64,000 nucleotides of DNA, from the NCBI GenBank assembly GCA_048537945.1, contig CM108484.1, positions 4,210,494-4,274,493 on the forward strand. Direction: 5' to 3'. Positions 24,801 through 37,981 of this stretch are shown piece after piece. Both the position numbers and the translations under genes were made by a program. Every line of letters begins with the position of its first letter. Positions within the stretch are counted from its first letter, which is position 1. This stretch comes from Mnemiopsis leidyi (taxonomy: Eukaryota). The notes under the pieces were generated by a model. That model saw only the letters and a program-made list of their open reading frames with translations, did no database searches and was not told the origin of the DNA.

Positions 24801-25889
24801 AGGAAGAAGTAGAGGTGGTGGAAGTAGAGGAAAAACCTGAAAAAGTAGACGATCTTGCTGGTTTGGTGAAAAGTTTCAAGTTTGAATCTCCCAAAAGCAG
24901 CGATCAGGCAGCTAATCAAGGGGTCGAGAAAACTACAGAGATACGCAAGGGGCTTGAGCCTAAAAACTTGCTGACAGAGAGACTCCAGACTCACGCCAAT
25001 GATTCTGAAGTTAAGACTCCAAATATCCACGAGTTCGGGCAGCAAACCGGAAATGCTCAGTTGCAGAAGACAGAGAATAAAGCTTCTGTGAGAAGAACAA
25101 GTCCAGGGAATGATAAGGAAAACAGAAATCCAGATTCATCTCCTTCTTCTAACACAGGTTTCAAGTCAAGCTGAAATTTAAACAAAATTTAAGAATTTGG
25201 ATATGTGGACCAGTTTACTTTTGTTATAACTGTTTTTGACGAAGAATATTAAGCATAAGCAATTTTAGGTTCCGTATAAAGAATATTTGACCTCTGCGTT
25301 TCCATAACCTAGCACATTTTCTTTCCCCAGGAGGCTGCACGTGCGGCAGACTACAGGCCGCAGTAAAGAAGGGTTACAAAGTCACCAAGTGTAAATGCAT
25401 GTGTAGTTCTTCAGAAGAGGACAAGTATAATCGATACCTTGAACGTGGACTGTAAGTTTTTCACAGATTCCGGAATAATTATAATTTTACGTTACCCCGA
25501 ACCACATTTTTATCGGAAGTTTTATTAGTTTTTACTTATCTATACAATTAAAAGGCAAATATTTTGTACTTTTGGTAATTAAATTAAAAGAATGTATTTC
25601 TTACTGGATGCACCCTGCATCACATGAGCAGCTTCTTATATTGATAAATTATTTAGTCTAGAATTATATTGTGATGCAAAATGTTCTAATTACAATTACA
25701 ATTAAATACAACATTCGAAAATTTTCGCAATATCGTTATTTCAACATAACCCACTGCAGAGAGCACCACAAGGCAGGAAACACTGGGAAAGCTCTTCAGT
25801 ACTACAAGGCTGCATTGCAGTACAGAAACGATGACACGACCGTTCAGAAGGCGTATCTTACTCTGAAGAAGCAGCAGAAGAACAAATAA
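18953..25889 (+). CDS. ERCC6L: ERCC6L/PICH-type SNF2-family DNA translocase gene, complete, 9 exons
   Basis: Strong colinear similarity to PICH through the ATPase domain ([68 protein letters not shown]) and the helicase C-terminal domain ([57 protein letters not shown]). N-terminal and C-terminal TPR-like motifs as in PICH. Confidence 0.85.
22037..22235 (+). CDS. ERCC6L: PICH exon 2
   Basis: Acceptor tttcag|A and donor AAG|gtatgt. [67 protein letters not shown] matches the PICH linker and start of helicase-C. Confidence 0.8.
22545..22707 (+). CDS. ERCC6L: PICH exon 3 (helicase C)
   Basis: [54 protein letters not shown](C/Y). Acceptor aacag|GGG and donor T|gtaagt. Confidence 0.8.
22830..23019 (+). 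CDS. ERCC6L: PICH exon 4 (helicase C motifs V-VI)
   Basis: [64 protein letters not shown]. Confidence 0.85.
23222..23370 (+). CDS. ERCC6L: PICH exon 5
   Basis: [50 protein letters not shown] with splice sites in phase. Confidence 0.7.
23515..23606 (+). CDS. ERCC6L: PICH exon 6
   Basis: [31 protein letters not shown] matches PICH GIAGISDHDLMY...QQRVQKAQF. Confidence 0.7.
24053..25157 (+). CDS. ERCC6L: PICH exon 7: long acidic/Ser-rich low-complexity region
   Basis: Acceptor ttttcag|GTC CAA ([11 protein letters not shown]...). Inferred donor aacacag|gtttca at 25157/25158 so the frame joins the next exon. Otherwise the ORF stops at 25174. Confidence 0.55.
25331..25451 (+). CDS. ERCC6L: PICH exon 8
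   Basis: ccccag|GAGGCT...GGACT|gtaagt. The frame gives ...[22 protein letters not shown] and joins the terminal TPR exon. Confidence 0.5.
25583..25705. repeat. ~130-bp repeat copy B inside the last PICH intron
   Basis: Matches 18758-18892. Confidence 0.8.
25760..25889 (+). CDS. ERCC6L: PICH exon 9: C-terminal TPR-like motif and stop
   Basis: [43 protein letters not shown] resembles the PICH C-terminal TPR (GKIQEALNCLVKALDIK...) and the N-terminal repeats of exon 1. Confidence 0.6.
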
Positions 25890-28800
25890 AACAGCTTGTA
25901 AAGAACAAATAACTTAGTTCTGTAAAGTTAGACTTCTTAGTGTTGGACTGAAGCGACCTTGATATAAGAAATGTGAAGTAAGGAAGTGTATCTGCTGAAC
26001 TGTAGCAAATGAAAATATGTTGAAAGCTAGCCGATGAATTATAGCATCTTGCATTCATGGCAATGAGGCGTTGGGTCACATCTTAGGACTCTGGTTAATT
26101 TAATTTGAGTCCTTTATATTTTATAAAGGCCTGTGTTTAAAAAACATCTGGCCAGAAAAAGTGCAAAAAATTATTTGCCAGATTTTATCCGTCCTTCCTG
26201 TTTTCCGTGCTTGTCGTAGTTAATGGAGGCAGTTTTATCTGGTCTTTGTCTGGAGAAGATACTGCATTCTCTGCGGAGGAGAATGTTTGATTTTAGTTTA
26301 ATTTGAAAATTGTGTTTAACGATCTAATTCTATCTGGATGCTCAATTTCGGGTATCCGGTTTCAACATTTTTATCTGCCTACCGGAATTGGGTCTTGTCT
26401 GGCTATTTGACTGTTTTTAGATTAATGTGAATGAAAGTTCTAACATTATTTTGAAAAACCTTACGTAATGGCATTTCTTGTTCTTCTTCCTCCGCCGGTT
26501 CGTCTGGCCTGACATGAACTTGAAAATCAGCCAAATTTTATTACGTGAAAAGCCGTGTAGAATGTAAGGATAAGGACTTACAGAGAAATTTTTTAAAACT
26601 CTATACGGAATCCCATCCTATCAATCTGAACAAGAGCATGATAATATACGTAAGTCGTAAATCTCTCCCACTCGGAAATGTTTATCACGTGACTTACTCG
26701 ACTTTGTTGGGGAAGTTAAGAAGTCGAATTATAACTGAGTCCCTGCTCGCCTGATCGTCGTACCAGGACGCTTCTTTTCTCCTTATCAAATTTTTCCTCC
26801 CCCGTTGTCCGGGTAACTCTTCCTCCCCAGACAGAGCTTTCTGGAAAATTGGACATTTTATATCCTGGATTGGATTGTAGAAGTTGGAAATGGAAACGAC
26901 AAACGGGGCGGAGCATGGCCATGATTCAGATCGCCTATACTAATAAATCATTGATTAAAAACCGCAAAATTAAGATGATATTTTGATTTGCTAATTTGAC
27001 AGAAATTAGGATGTTTTTGAACATTTCTTTTGGCTTATTGCTGTAAAAACCCAAAATTTTATGGAATGACACTCGTCAGCCCATCTCAAATATCTCTAGT
27101 AAAATTCTTGAGATTTGTTGACTCTGAAGGCAGAAGTGAACGACGTGTTTTGTGCCATTTTTCACAAAATACTGACTTCTAGTTTTACCTCGGACAGGGC
27201 AATAGTTGGTAAAGACAAGTAAGCGCTGTCGGCTCTCTGTCGGTTTAGTCTGCTAAGTTGTCGGGTCAGTTTCCGCTCTGTTCTCTTCAGCTCCTTCTCC
27301 TGTTGTCTCAGCATTGTCATGTTCCCCTCATGCTCCTGCCAAAGTTCCGGTTTTCAGTTTATAGTTACAAAAAATGTAGGCTAGCATGTTTTTAGGCTAT
27401 GCTCTAAATATTATTGCTTCATAGTTTCTCAATTCATGTTCGCTGTTCCATAAGTATATCATTTCGTTTGTAAAAACGAAAATGCCGCGGAATGAGGAAG
27501 TCAGCTGATTTCAAGTTGGTTAAATGTTTAAGATGATATTTCTACTTATAAGTTATAAGTTGAAATGAAAAGAAAGAAGAAAGGACCTTCTCTATGCCCA
27601 GTAGATATTTAGAAAGTTTCCTCTCCTGGTACTCGTTCTGCTTTTTAGCACTGTCCTCCAGCCGGGAACTCCTCTCTTTTATCGCCCTCAAATTACAGCG
27701 GTCCTGGAAAATATGGGGGAAATGTGCGGTATAGAACATCAGTGTTTAAATTCATCTGCTAATACGAAAGTTGCATTGACCTAAAATCAAAAATAGCTCT
27801 AAATAATGTACAAATTACAAGTGGCAAGTAGAGCAGTCGAATTTTACTTGCCAGACTACAGCTGTACCAAGTAACCCACCTACTGCAATACCATACTCAA
27901 TTTATTGGCATTATCATGAATTTGAACGAATAAATGCATAATTACAAATATATTTGATTCACAATCTGCATTACCTTGTGGATTGCGGTTCTAGTTCTAA
28001 ATTGAATTCAAATAATTTGAAACTTAAAGTTGAAAGGTTGAAACTAAGTTGCGGTCGACTGGAGGGCGTGGTCACACCACACTTCAACATGTCTGGAGGC
28101 GGACAGCACACTTGACATGATGGTGTCACCACAGCTGATGTCCGAGCCACTGTTTCACAGTTTATTTAAAAACTTAGCTAGACTCAGATCTACTTGACAT
28201 ATCGAACCTGATTAAAATCAGTGCACTTCACAATCTTACAATTACCAACCTTTATTGCATTAGCCATTATAAAAATCGACACAACTAATACTACACGTAA
28301 TACAACTCATTGCAAACATCTAAGTATCTTGTAACTTAATGAGTTTGTACTATTCAGGTTTTATAAATTTATTAAAGATCATCATCTCGGAGCGATCTTA
28401 TCTGCTATCGGGCTAACTGCTTGCATGTCAGGTGCAAAACTAGAAATGTTTAAATATCGATATGTTTTTATATTAAGGTCGCCTGTTATGTTGCGTGGTC
28501 TGCTGTAACTCTTATCCAATCTATTGTTTGATTTGAACAAGACGCAACGGCTGTGATGTTTTAAGATTTTGAATTGATCGTGATTTCAATTGGGAGAATT
28601 GTGAGGTCACGGCAGAAGATTTAATTCGGCAAGCTTGACTTTGAAATGATTTTGAGATTTACAAATTTTAATCCAGAACCTTAAATAATGCCTGCCATAA
28701 TAGGTTTTAATTTACTTCTCAAAATGAAAATATGAGCAGATGAATTTGCGATTCTTCCGTAATTGTAAAATCATTGTTACAACAAAATCGATCAAGCGCG

Positions 28801-29878
28801 TTAAATTAAAAGTGTCTTAGTGTTAAAGAAAATGCTACAAGTTTACGGGATACCACCTTTGTTTACATCGTACTCTGCTTGATAGCACAACTGCATTGTT
28901 CTAGCGACTTTCTTTTTATTTAAACAATGGAGATGAAGGTTTAATATTCAATCTAGGGTTAAATACAATATGCTGGGTACTATTTGACTTCGGTATAACA
29001 TCAGGCTGTATACAGATTGTGCACAGTTTGTGTCATTGTGCACAATTTGTGTACAGATTGTGCAGTTTGTGCACAACTTGTATGAAGATTGTGAAAAATC
29101 ACTTGCATTGTTCGAGCAAGATTAAATTAGCCACTATTAAATGGAAATCAGAAAATTGATTACGTACTTTCTAATGATCCATTAATCCCATTCTAAGTGC
29201 TAAGATCGCCTTAGTAAAGTGTAAACATCTTTAGACGTGTAGAGCCTGCGTGATTCAATCTTCAGAAATAGCTGAAGTATTCTGTGCAGATTTCAGCAGA
29301 GCTACTTTTACAGTTCTAAATCAAAATGAAAATGACAAGCACTTATACATAGTCATCATGTTATAGTCATCATGTTATAGTCATCCTGCCTAAGTACGTC
29401 GCGTCTGGCTAAATCAATTATCAACGGAACTTCTATATATATATATAACTTCTATATATATATATCAACGAAACTTCTATATAGAACTCTATTTTCAAAA
29501 ACATTAAACTCGTCCGAGTACCCGAATACCAAGGTCAACTTAGTACTTACATTATTTAATATTACTTAAAAATACTTGAATTTCTAGGAATTACAACTCA
29601 CAAGCTATTTTTCAGATAACACTTTACAAAATACCAGATAACAGTTAACACTTTACCACTTACAAGTCTAAATCTCTAGAAAACCAGAAACCTTAACGTA
29701 TGTCGCAACTTGCACGTGCCTGCAGGACGCGCGCAGCAATTCTGATCAGCACATTGTACACGCAGAATATCTCACTCAGGTTACCAGTTACACGCGCGTG
29801 GACTCGTCCTCTCATTTCACGTTGTGTAGTGTACATGCTGTGCCGCCATGTCCGCAATCAGCCGTGTCTTGTTGCTTA

Positions 29879-30070
29879 ACTGTTCTTACAGTTCTCATAG
29901 TTCTTTTAGTTCTTATAGTTCTCTGTTCTATGATTTGCCGTTCGCAATCTCCTGTTTCTTTTTGGTTAACTGTCTTAAAGTTCTTATAGTTTTAGTAGTT
30001 ATTATTGTTATTTAGAGTTCTCATAGTTCTTATAGTTCTTATAGTTCAATTACAGTTCTTATATGGTTCT
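29879..30070. repeat. 9-bp minisatellite (AGTTCTTAT/AGTTCTCAT)n
   Basis: Visible tandem units. Confidence 0.75.
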
Positions 30071-30877
30071 ACATGACAAGTCAAGATTGTTGATACCTTG
30101 CATTTCAGCTGTAACTACTTATAACTTTTTGATGACCCATTAATTATGCCAGATGCCTAGAGGATCCTAGTCTAGCCTCTATGATCAACAAAGCTAAAGT
30201 TGTTCGAGCTATCAAGCATAAACTTTATCTACCGATCATTACATAGTCATTCATCATCGTAGACCACGAACATGGGCAGAACGTATAACTTTCACTTTTT
30301 GTGGACTGCAATACAATCCAGTTTCCAGTCATTTTGCGATTCCTTTATTCTTTAGTTCATCTTAATTTTTAGACCTATTGGAAGTTTCTTATTTTTTTTC
30401 CTGGAAATTTTTTGTGTATTGGTTATTATTATCTGTTATGTTCACGAAGACCTTTTGCCCTTATGAATTTTGGGGAACACATATGATACAGCACAGAATG
30501 AATTCTTCATAATAAAATTACATCGCTAGTCCTCAAATTAATCGAATATTAGTATAATAGTAGTGTTGAAAGTATTAAAACTGTAGCAATGTGTATAGAT
30601 ATGTCAGACATAGGTGTGCCTGCTTAACCTATATTCTAAAATCCCGCCTAAACTTGATCCAAACATCTTCATTCCAGCGACCCAGCGTTATACATTTCTG
30701 TGTATAGATAATCTAAATATCAGAGGACAAACAGACCTCGTCCGGAAGTGGCATTTATAAAACAAATTTTAAAATAATATATAATCATATAATATAATTC
30801 TTCCCCAGTCTCAATACACAAAATTGACTGATCAAGGTACCGTTGCGGGACCCTCGTGCTGTCGGCCTGTGATCGCC

Positions 30878-30972
30878 CCTAAATACTCTGACCCCTAAAT
30901 ACTCTGACCCCTAAATACTCTGACCCCTAAATACTCTGACCCCTAAATACTCTGACCCCTAAATACTCTGAC
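30878..30972. repeat. 15-bp tandem repeat (GACCCCTAAATACTCT) x6
   Basis: Six perfect units. Confidence 0.85.
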
Positions 30973-31437
30973 CAGCCAATTCCATGTAAATTTACCAAAC
31001 CATGGCAAACCAATAAGCAAAAGTAACTCATCGTTAAACATTCCACAATTTACTTATATTGAAATATCATTATACTAATCATCAGGCACCACAATATTTA
31101 AATATAGAATGATGTGTACCTGTCTACTAAAATAAAATATAATGTACTACACAATATCTATGATTAAATGTATTCCCGGCTACACACGCTCAAACTATTT
31201 TATCATTGTCTCATTAGCTAGAAAAAATGTTTACACTATGTTAGATGAAGTGTGTTAGGCCTTATCTCTATGGCATATTTCCCCGCTAAATATAAAATAA
31301 TAACTCTCTGGGTCTTCACTGGCCCTTCTCCTCATTTCCGCCACTAGTGCTCTGTGTTTTGCCCGCTCTTCGGGCGATCTGTCCGGTTGAATATAAACCT
31401 TGCGATGTACTGACGATTTTCTTAGCTTTGAGCCAAA

Positions 31438-32350
31438 TCATGTGAACGGTTTCCGAGTTGCGAAGACAACTTTGACGTGTCTGTTCGTCTCATTTGACTG
31501 CTCCCCAATCCGTACAGCTTCAAAACTCGGTTTCTCCTCCACATCCTCAAACAAACTCGATATCTTACTGTCAAGATCCTCAGATGCCTCCTCTGATAAT
31601 CCGAACACAACGATATTTCTCGATCGATCTTCATCGGTGACTGCTTCTTGTGCAACTTTTTCAGCGTTTGTTCTGACAAAACTGGTACTGAGTCCTTGAT
31701 TGTTCTCGATAAAACTTGACTGTAAGATCATATTCTCCTGTCAACTGCTGTGTTTAACAACACTGGACATTTCCTCAAGTTGTCCTGCCTGAGTCTCCAG
31801 TAACTCCTCCTGACTGTCCAGTAACTGCTCCTGCAACTTTACTACTGACCGCTGTGATACAATCAGCTCAGTCCTCAGACTTAATCTTCTCCATTGCAAC
31901 TCTTGACGACTCAAACTTGTCACGATGGGAATAAACAGTCTGTAAGCCGTCAAACAAAGTCTTCGCCAGCATATCTCTCGTTATTCCCGGTTTGGTAAGC
32001 TTCCCTATCGTGACTCGCTGATGAGACTTGCATTTTAAAGCAGTCCTGAAGTTCCCAATCCATGAATTCATATCAGCACCAACATGAACGCCCTTCAAAA
32101 TATCCAAATCACCAACAGAGATATCTGATACAATGTCTCCCATTATGTACACAGTGTACAGTGAGTTGTATACAGCCATACAACAGGGGCAAACAAACGG
32201 TGCTGCTGCATGTAAAACCTTTGTGTAAAACGATAGCGCTAAAATCGACACGTAACAAAACTGCAAAACTGATATAAGCCAATTTAAGTTGCATTTAATA
32301 AAGCCACTTTTAATATTATGGATGCAATATGCATCCTGTCGCACGGTCAA
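31438..32350 (-). pseudogene. Degraded LINE ORF1-like (coiled-coil plus RRM-type Transposase_22-like) remnant, frameshifted
   Basis: Three minus-strand ORFs in different frames. They include a coiled-coil segment (LQEQLLDSQEELLETQAGQLEE) and an RRM-like NIVVFGLSEE...RIGEQSNETNRHVKVVFATRKP resembling the L1 ORF1p RRM (NLRIIGVPE...IQEAQRTP...RHIIVK). Confidence 0.35.
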
Positions 32351-33229
32351 ATGATGGAATCTGCCTTCTTTTCCTTCGCAAATTATAGTTTTTAAGAAAA
32401 AAAAGCCACGATTTCTTATCGTGATTGCATATCGTGATTACATATCGTGATTACATACCATCGTTTAAATCGGCTCAGTCTAAAACCGTTCAAATTTATT
32501 ATATGTCATAATAAATAATAAGGATGGAGACCGAGCGATTAGATAAAGATAATTATGCCATATAAGGAACACAAGGCAGCACCCAATCCTATGTCAATAT
32601 TGCGCCTGCAGCCTGTGTACTTGTGTATATAGATGCATATTCCCAATTGGCTGGTTTAGTTCTCCTGAAAAGGATACAGCAATCTGATTGGTCGTTACAA
32701 AAATACAGCCTTCTGTTTGATAGGGACTATAGACGGCAATGGAATGTTTTTAACTTTGTGTCGTGATTACTTTTTAAGTTGACATCTGATTGCTCCAAGT
32801 CGGTGTGGTTTCGTCAGTCGCAGCCAAGTTTTGGTAACTTTTGGTATAGGGACCCATCAAATACAGTTCAAGTAATTAAGCGAATATTGTTAGCGAATAT
32901 CAAATATTTGAACGTCGATGTCTTTATATCCACGAGTCAATAATCAATATCTCTATAGCTAGTAAGACGTCAAATCAACCAGCTCCTATAACCATTGTAC
33001 TTGCTGAAAAACGTGCCATTGTAATCGATTCTTTGACTTCTGACATATGATGTTGCGGTAAGTTTCCTGGGTAACAAATGTAAAATCACTCTTTAGGATA
33101 CTTCTCATATGTTGTTTTTTTGCCCTTAGTTTAAATGGAAGAAAGTACCAAATGCAATAGAGTGCAATGCAATTACAATTAGAGATTTGATCAGATCCTA
33201 TCTTATCTGATTATTAAGTTGTAGAGCGC

Positions 33230-33385
33230 ACCTGCCACCTATAACCTATAACAGTGCACCTGTCACCTAAAATGTACCTGGCACCTATAATGTACCTGGC
33301 ACCTAAAATGTACCTGGTACCTAAAATGTACCTGGCACCTAAAATGTACCTGGCACCTAAAATGTACCTGGCACAGCTGTAGTTG
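33230..33385. repeat. 18-bp tandem repeat (CACCTAAAATGTACCTGG) x~8
   Basis: Visible tandem units. Artifact ORFs arise on both strands. Confidence 0.85.
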
Positions 33386-35159
33386 TTGGGCTTGTTGTTT
33401 ACGTCCCGGTGATTGCGAGACAAAGTTAGAAAACTTTAAATATATGATAGGATGCTCTTTAGACTTAGGGAATTGCGAAAGGCCAGAACATCGTTGCTTA
33501 CATCGTCTGATTTTAATGAATGATGGCACCAATAGTGTATAACTTAAGTAAATTATCCCCGAGTAACAAGATTTGACACACAGGCAGTTATTAACTGAGA
33601 CCTAGCTGAAGTTTTTACTTTCTCGCCCTCCCGATTTTACGAGAAATTACGTTCAGCCGTATTGGCATGCAGGGAAGTCCTGAAAAATTCCTGGATGTTA
33701 CTGACTTGATAAACTATGAAATGATGGAACAGGGCACCATTGGAAGGTCTTGTAGGGTAATTATCGCAATTATCGGAGGTGCAAGTGAGCCAAGAACCAA
33801 ACGTAGAGGAGATCTTTATAATCTGGAGGAAGGACACATTGAAGCCAAATTTGATGATGAACGACAACGTTGTTCTGGACAAGTCTTCTGTTCTGGACGA
33901 GATCACAGAGGAATCCTGTGTCATATATGACATGGAATGTTAGTATCCTGGCAGAGAGAAGAACAGGGACACGAACAAGTTTGATAATAAAAACAAGGAC
34001 AATGAGATAGGGCATGAACAAGGAAGAATAAGGAGAATAGCACCGGAGAAATTAAGATATTGAGCTGCTAGGACGTAGGACCGACGTAGGTTGCAAGAAC
34101 TCGGAATCCTGGCTAAGTATGGACCTGGGACGTTATGCCTTCATAAGTATGAGTTAATACGTTCAAACTTCTGTAGGAAAGAAGTGAGGAGGCGTGTGTC
34201 ATACTACTTTTTTCAATTTTTTCCAGTACTTCAGTAGCCGTTTACAGTGGTTTTTCCGGTTCTGCTCCTTGAGATGTAGTATTGGTAACTTATTATAACA
34301 TCAGAGGACCAACTCTTACCTTCCCACAAAACTGCTCATTAATTTTTAACGTTACTTTAAACGTACAATTAATTTGAGTAGTAGTGTTCACAGAAAAATT
34401 GATCATCATGTTTTATCAATTTTGGTTGTTGTATAAACATTTTCTATGATCAAAGTCTACGTACTGACACAATATCTCACCTTTCTAATCAGAGTCAAAG
34501 CCATTTTTCCACATTGTTTCGAAGCAGAACTCTCATTATATCTTGGTGTGTCATTATCTTTCGTCAAACCTTTCTGGATAGATAAGGTTATTTCAAAGTT
34601 CACAACGGCAAAAAGTCATGTTAGCATAATTTTTAACTCTAAATGATGTCATGTAAGATAGTCATAATGTTGCCCTAAAATTGCATCCCCATCATCATTA
34701 TGTTTTATTTTTAACTAGCTAGGTTAGTAGGCTTGCATGTGTCTGTATCAGTATCACAGGGCACTTATACACCAATACAAAGTGTCCTTATTCCACTTTT
34801 ACTCGTGCTTGATTTAGACGATTTTCTCACGGGTATCTTAGTTCAACCTTGCTTCTGTTTGAGAAATCAGAAATGAAGACTGATGTAGGAGCAAAGACCT
34901 CAGACCAGAGTTTCCTACTTTCCGATGCAAGCTGCACTGAGTCTTCCGAGGGTGGGCATGTCGTTTTTAAGTTATCTACTTGACTTGCTACTAAATATCT
35001 TCTAGATGTTATGCCCAACATATTCTGAGAAACCTTTTTAATGTTCTCGTCCTGTATCCGTTCTAAGATACAAGGATGAGTGCATGATTCTTTATATCAA
35101 TCTAGATTAGTATTAGTCTATATAATAAGACTTAGTCTGTTAACTTCCATACCTCCCAC

Positions 35160-35656
35160 TTATCAAACTGTTTACCCTCTTTTTAGACGGATGTGGACCT
35201 AGAAACGTAAAACCGTCAGAGGACGTGACCAGACTGATAATAGAAGGACTGAAACACAATGGAGCTACTCTACCCGACTCCTTCGCTCCCTTCGTAGACA
35301 AATCCAAGATCGGGTCCCTGCCCATGAAGCCTCTTCACCAACCTGTAGTTGGGTATAGGTCAGGTGTAATGGCACCCACAACTAAGAAAGTCACTAAAGT
35401 AGCGGGGAACAGACGTAAAAAGTGTCCCAAGAAGAGGAGACAAGTTATAAGACCTCCTCCTCCTGCGGAATCTTCTGACAGTGAGGGGATCGTTATAGGC
35501 TCTGAGTCGGAGAAATCCCCTGCTCAGATTTCTGATGATACTTCTACTTCTGGAAAGTTTCTCTCTTCTAATAATAGCGCTAAGAGTAATGCGAGTTTGA
35601 AGGACACAAACCCAAGGACTTCGGATCATATTCCAGGGCAAAAAACTAAGTTGTAA
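35160..35656 (+). other. Unassigned ORF/possible terminal exon encoding a basic Ser-rich peptide (KKCPKKRRQ; SDSEG)
   Basis: 143-aa ORF with a possible upstream acceptor at ~35180. No recognisable domain. Confidence 0.15.
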
Positions 35657-37887
35657 TGTTTCGTTTGACAATTATATTGTAGTTATTTTTATGGGAAGTC
35701 AAGAATCTCTCAAATTATTCGATGAAATCGGTCAATCGCCCCTATAGAAGCTATTTCAGTTGGAAAGCAACAAATTCGTTCAAACCTTGAATTATAATAC
35801 ACCAAGTAAATTGTCCTCAAAGTTAAGCAGATGCTGAACTCGACTAAGGATGAAATGACAATCATGATAAAGATTAGATGAAACCGGATATCAAAATTGG
35901 CAATTACCTGACAAACTTTGCTGTGATGATTACGATGTAGCAAAATATCTTTAAATATATTTACTTCAGTCGTAATGCATTTCCTCAGCATGTCGACGAT
36001 GCACTCAAAAAGAAAGAGTAGGTCACTAAATCACCAAATCATGAGTGCTAAAAGTCTGAAGTATACTCCAGAACAATACTCAAGTATCGGAGCTGGAATA
36101 TTCCAGTTTGTGGCGTGCAACACTCCGCACTGGTCTATATATCATCCATACCCATTTAAAATCCCGGACTAATCTCTTACAACCTAGTAACGGTTACAAA
36201 AGAAATATAAATAAAGTGCTCTAAATTTCTAATTATTGACTGTATATGCGAATACGCCTTCAGCAAGGGAATTATTGTTAGGTCCGACAAACCAGCTCAA
36301 ATATCTGATCATTTTAGTTAGCCGTGCGATTCGGTTATGATAAGATAATTATTATAACTATAACTGGAATTCGACAGAGACTCCATTCCTCCTAACTTCA
36401 AAGTTCCAGCTTAGTTAAGTTAGTTGCAGAACCGGAAATGATGGAATTTTCATGAAGAACATCGCGAAATTGGGAGAAACTTAAAAGTCAGGAAAAAGTC
36501 AGGAAAATATAAAAACTTGTTTTGCAGGTTTGTAATGTATCTATGCTAAGCCAACGATGTTTAAGTCTTTAACTGCATAGTCGAGCAGCTTGACCATAAC
36601 CTTTTTCATACTCCGTCCTCATGATGGCGTCATGATCAGAAATTATATACCTTTAAAACCTTGCTATATTTATCGATAGTGCAGTTATATTAAGTGAATT
36701 CTGAAAGCATATAGCTGATGACCTCCACAAACACGCATGGAATAAGGCATTATCTTAATCAATAAATATTGTGAATGTGACTACTAATGAACTATATTTC
36801 TTAGCTATTGTTTGGATTACTGTCATGACTGATCACATCTACGCTGCGAGATCAAGTCCGAACAGAGCCTGCCGTAGCCTTAAAATTATTCTATAAACTC
36901 CAGCTAGAGGATCTCACATAATTTTTAATGAACTGGTCTGCTGTGCTCTTGTTTATCAAGATATCTTGTATTACTTCAAGTAAAAAAACTACAAATCATA
37001 ATTTGTAGCTTCATGTGCAAGCTTAGCAAATCTATTAGCTTATAAGCGTTTTGTGAGTCGTGTCTTGAAAACATGTTTCCGTTTTATACTTTTTTACAAT
37101 ATACAATATACAATATAATATATGGGTTCCATCAATTCAGTAACTAAACCTGTCCCAGTGTTTATTAGCTATTCATTTCATACCAGCATATACCAACTTC
37201 CTGGAAAAGTTAATTGAGTTAAGTAGCAATCTTCACGTCATCTGTACTTTGTACCGCTTTGTATTGCTCAACCTGCCCCGCATCACGCCGGTACACGTTA
37301 CATAGCAACGACCATCACGCCGGGACACATCCTGGCTCTTTATGTAACACGCCGGAGCACGCCGCAAAACAGCAGTCTCTGTGCTGTGAGTGTGAGCGGC
37401 ATGATTAATACAGAAAACATGCCCAACCGCTTCATTTTCAGCATAAAAGCACGCTCACGTTGTACAATCGTGTGTTTTACTACTGATTGGTGTGTGCTGG
37501 CTGTGCAGTTCAACCTTTTTTATGTTTAAAATTTGTTGTTTTTATGTGGTACGAGCGTTTTGCAATGCGAATAATTTGTTTGTGATTTAGCGAGTTTGTC
37601 TTTGAGCAAATGAGTGTCTGCTTTTTCCTTTGTCTTCGCTGCATACAGCAGTAACCTTTGCTTTGTTGCAGATTTCTTTTGTCTTGCTAATTGGTCAATA
37701 AGTCATAAGTATACTCTAATTCAAAATCAGTCCAGTTTGTGCAAAGGTTATCAAACATATCTTTTGCATTTTATCGACACAGCGCGTAATTTTTCAAGTC
37801 TACCTTTAGAAATAATTAACAATTTCACTCACAAACTATCTACTGAACGATTTACCTACCGATTGGCAGTTTTAATCAGATAATGGA

Positions 37888-37981
37888 ATGAAGGGTGATA
37901 AGGGCATTGTGATATCGGGCCTTTCCGGCCGATTTCCAAACTCCAACAATGTGGATCAGTTCTGGGATAATTTGGTGGCAG
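37888..37981 (+). CDS. FASN: FAS exon 1 (start codon; KS N-terminus)
   Basis: [32 protein letters not shown] compares with human [29 protein letters not shown]. Donor G|gtacgt. Confidence 0.85.

Noticed and set aside
24709-25045. Minus-strand Ser-rich ORFs overlapping PICH exon 7
   Set aside because: They are the antisense reading of the GAG/GAA-rich acidic coding region. Artifact.
33214-33532. Minus-strand ORFs with repeated ARYILG / QVHFRC peptides
   Set aside because: They are translation of the 18-bp tandem repeat at 33230-33385.
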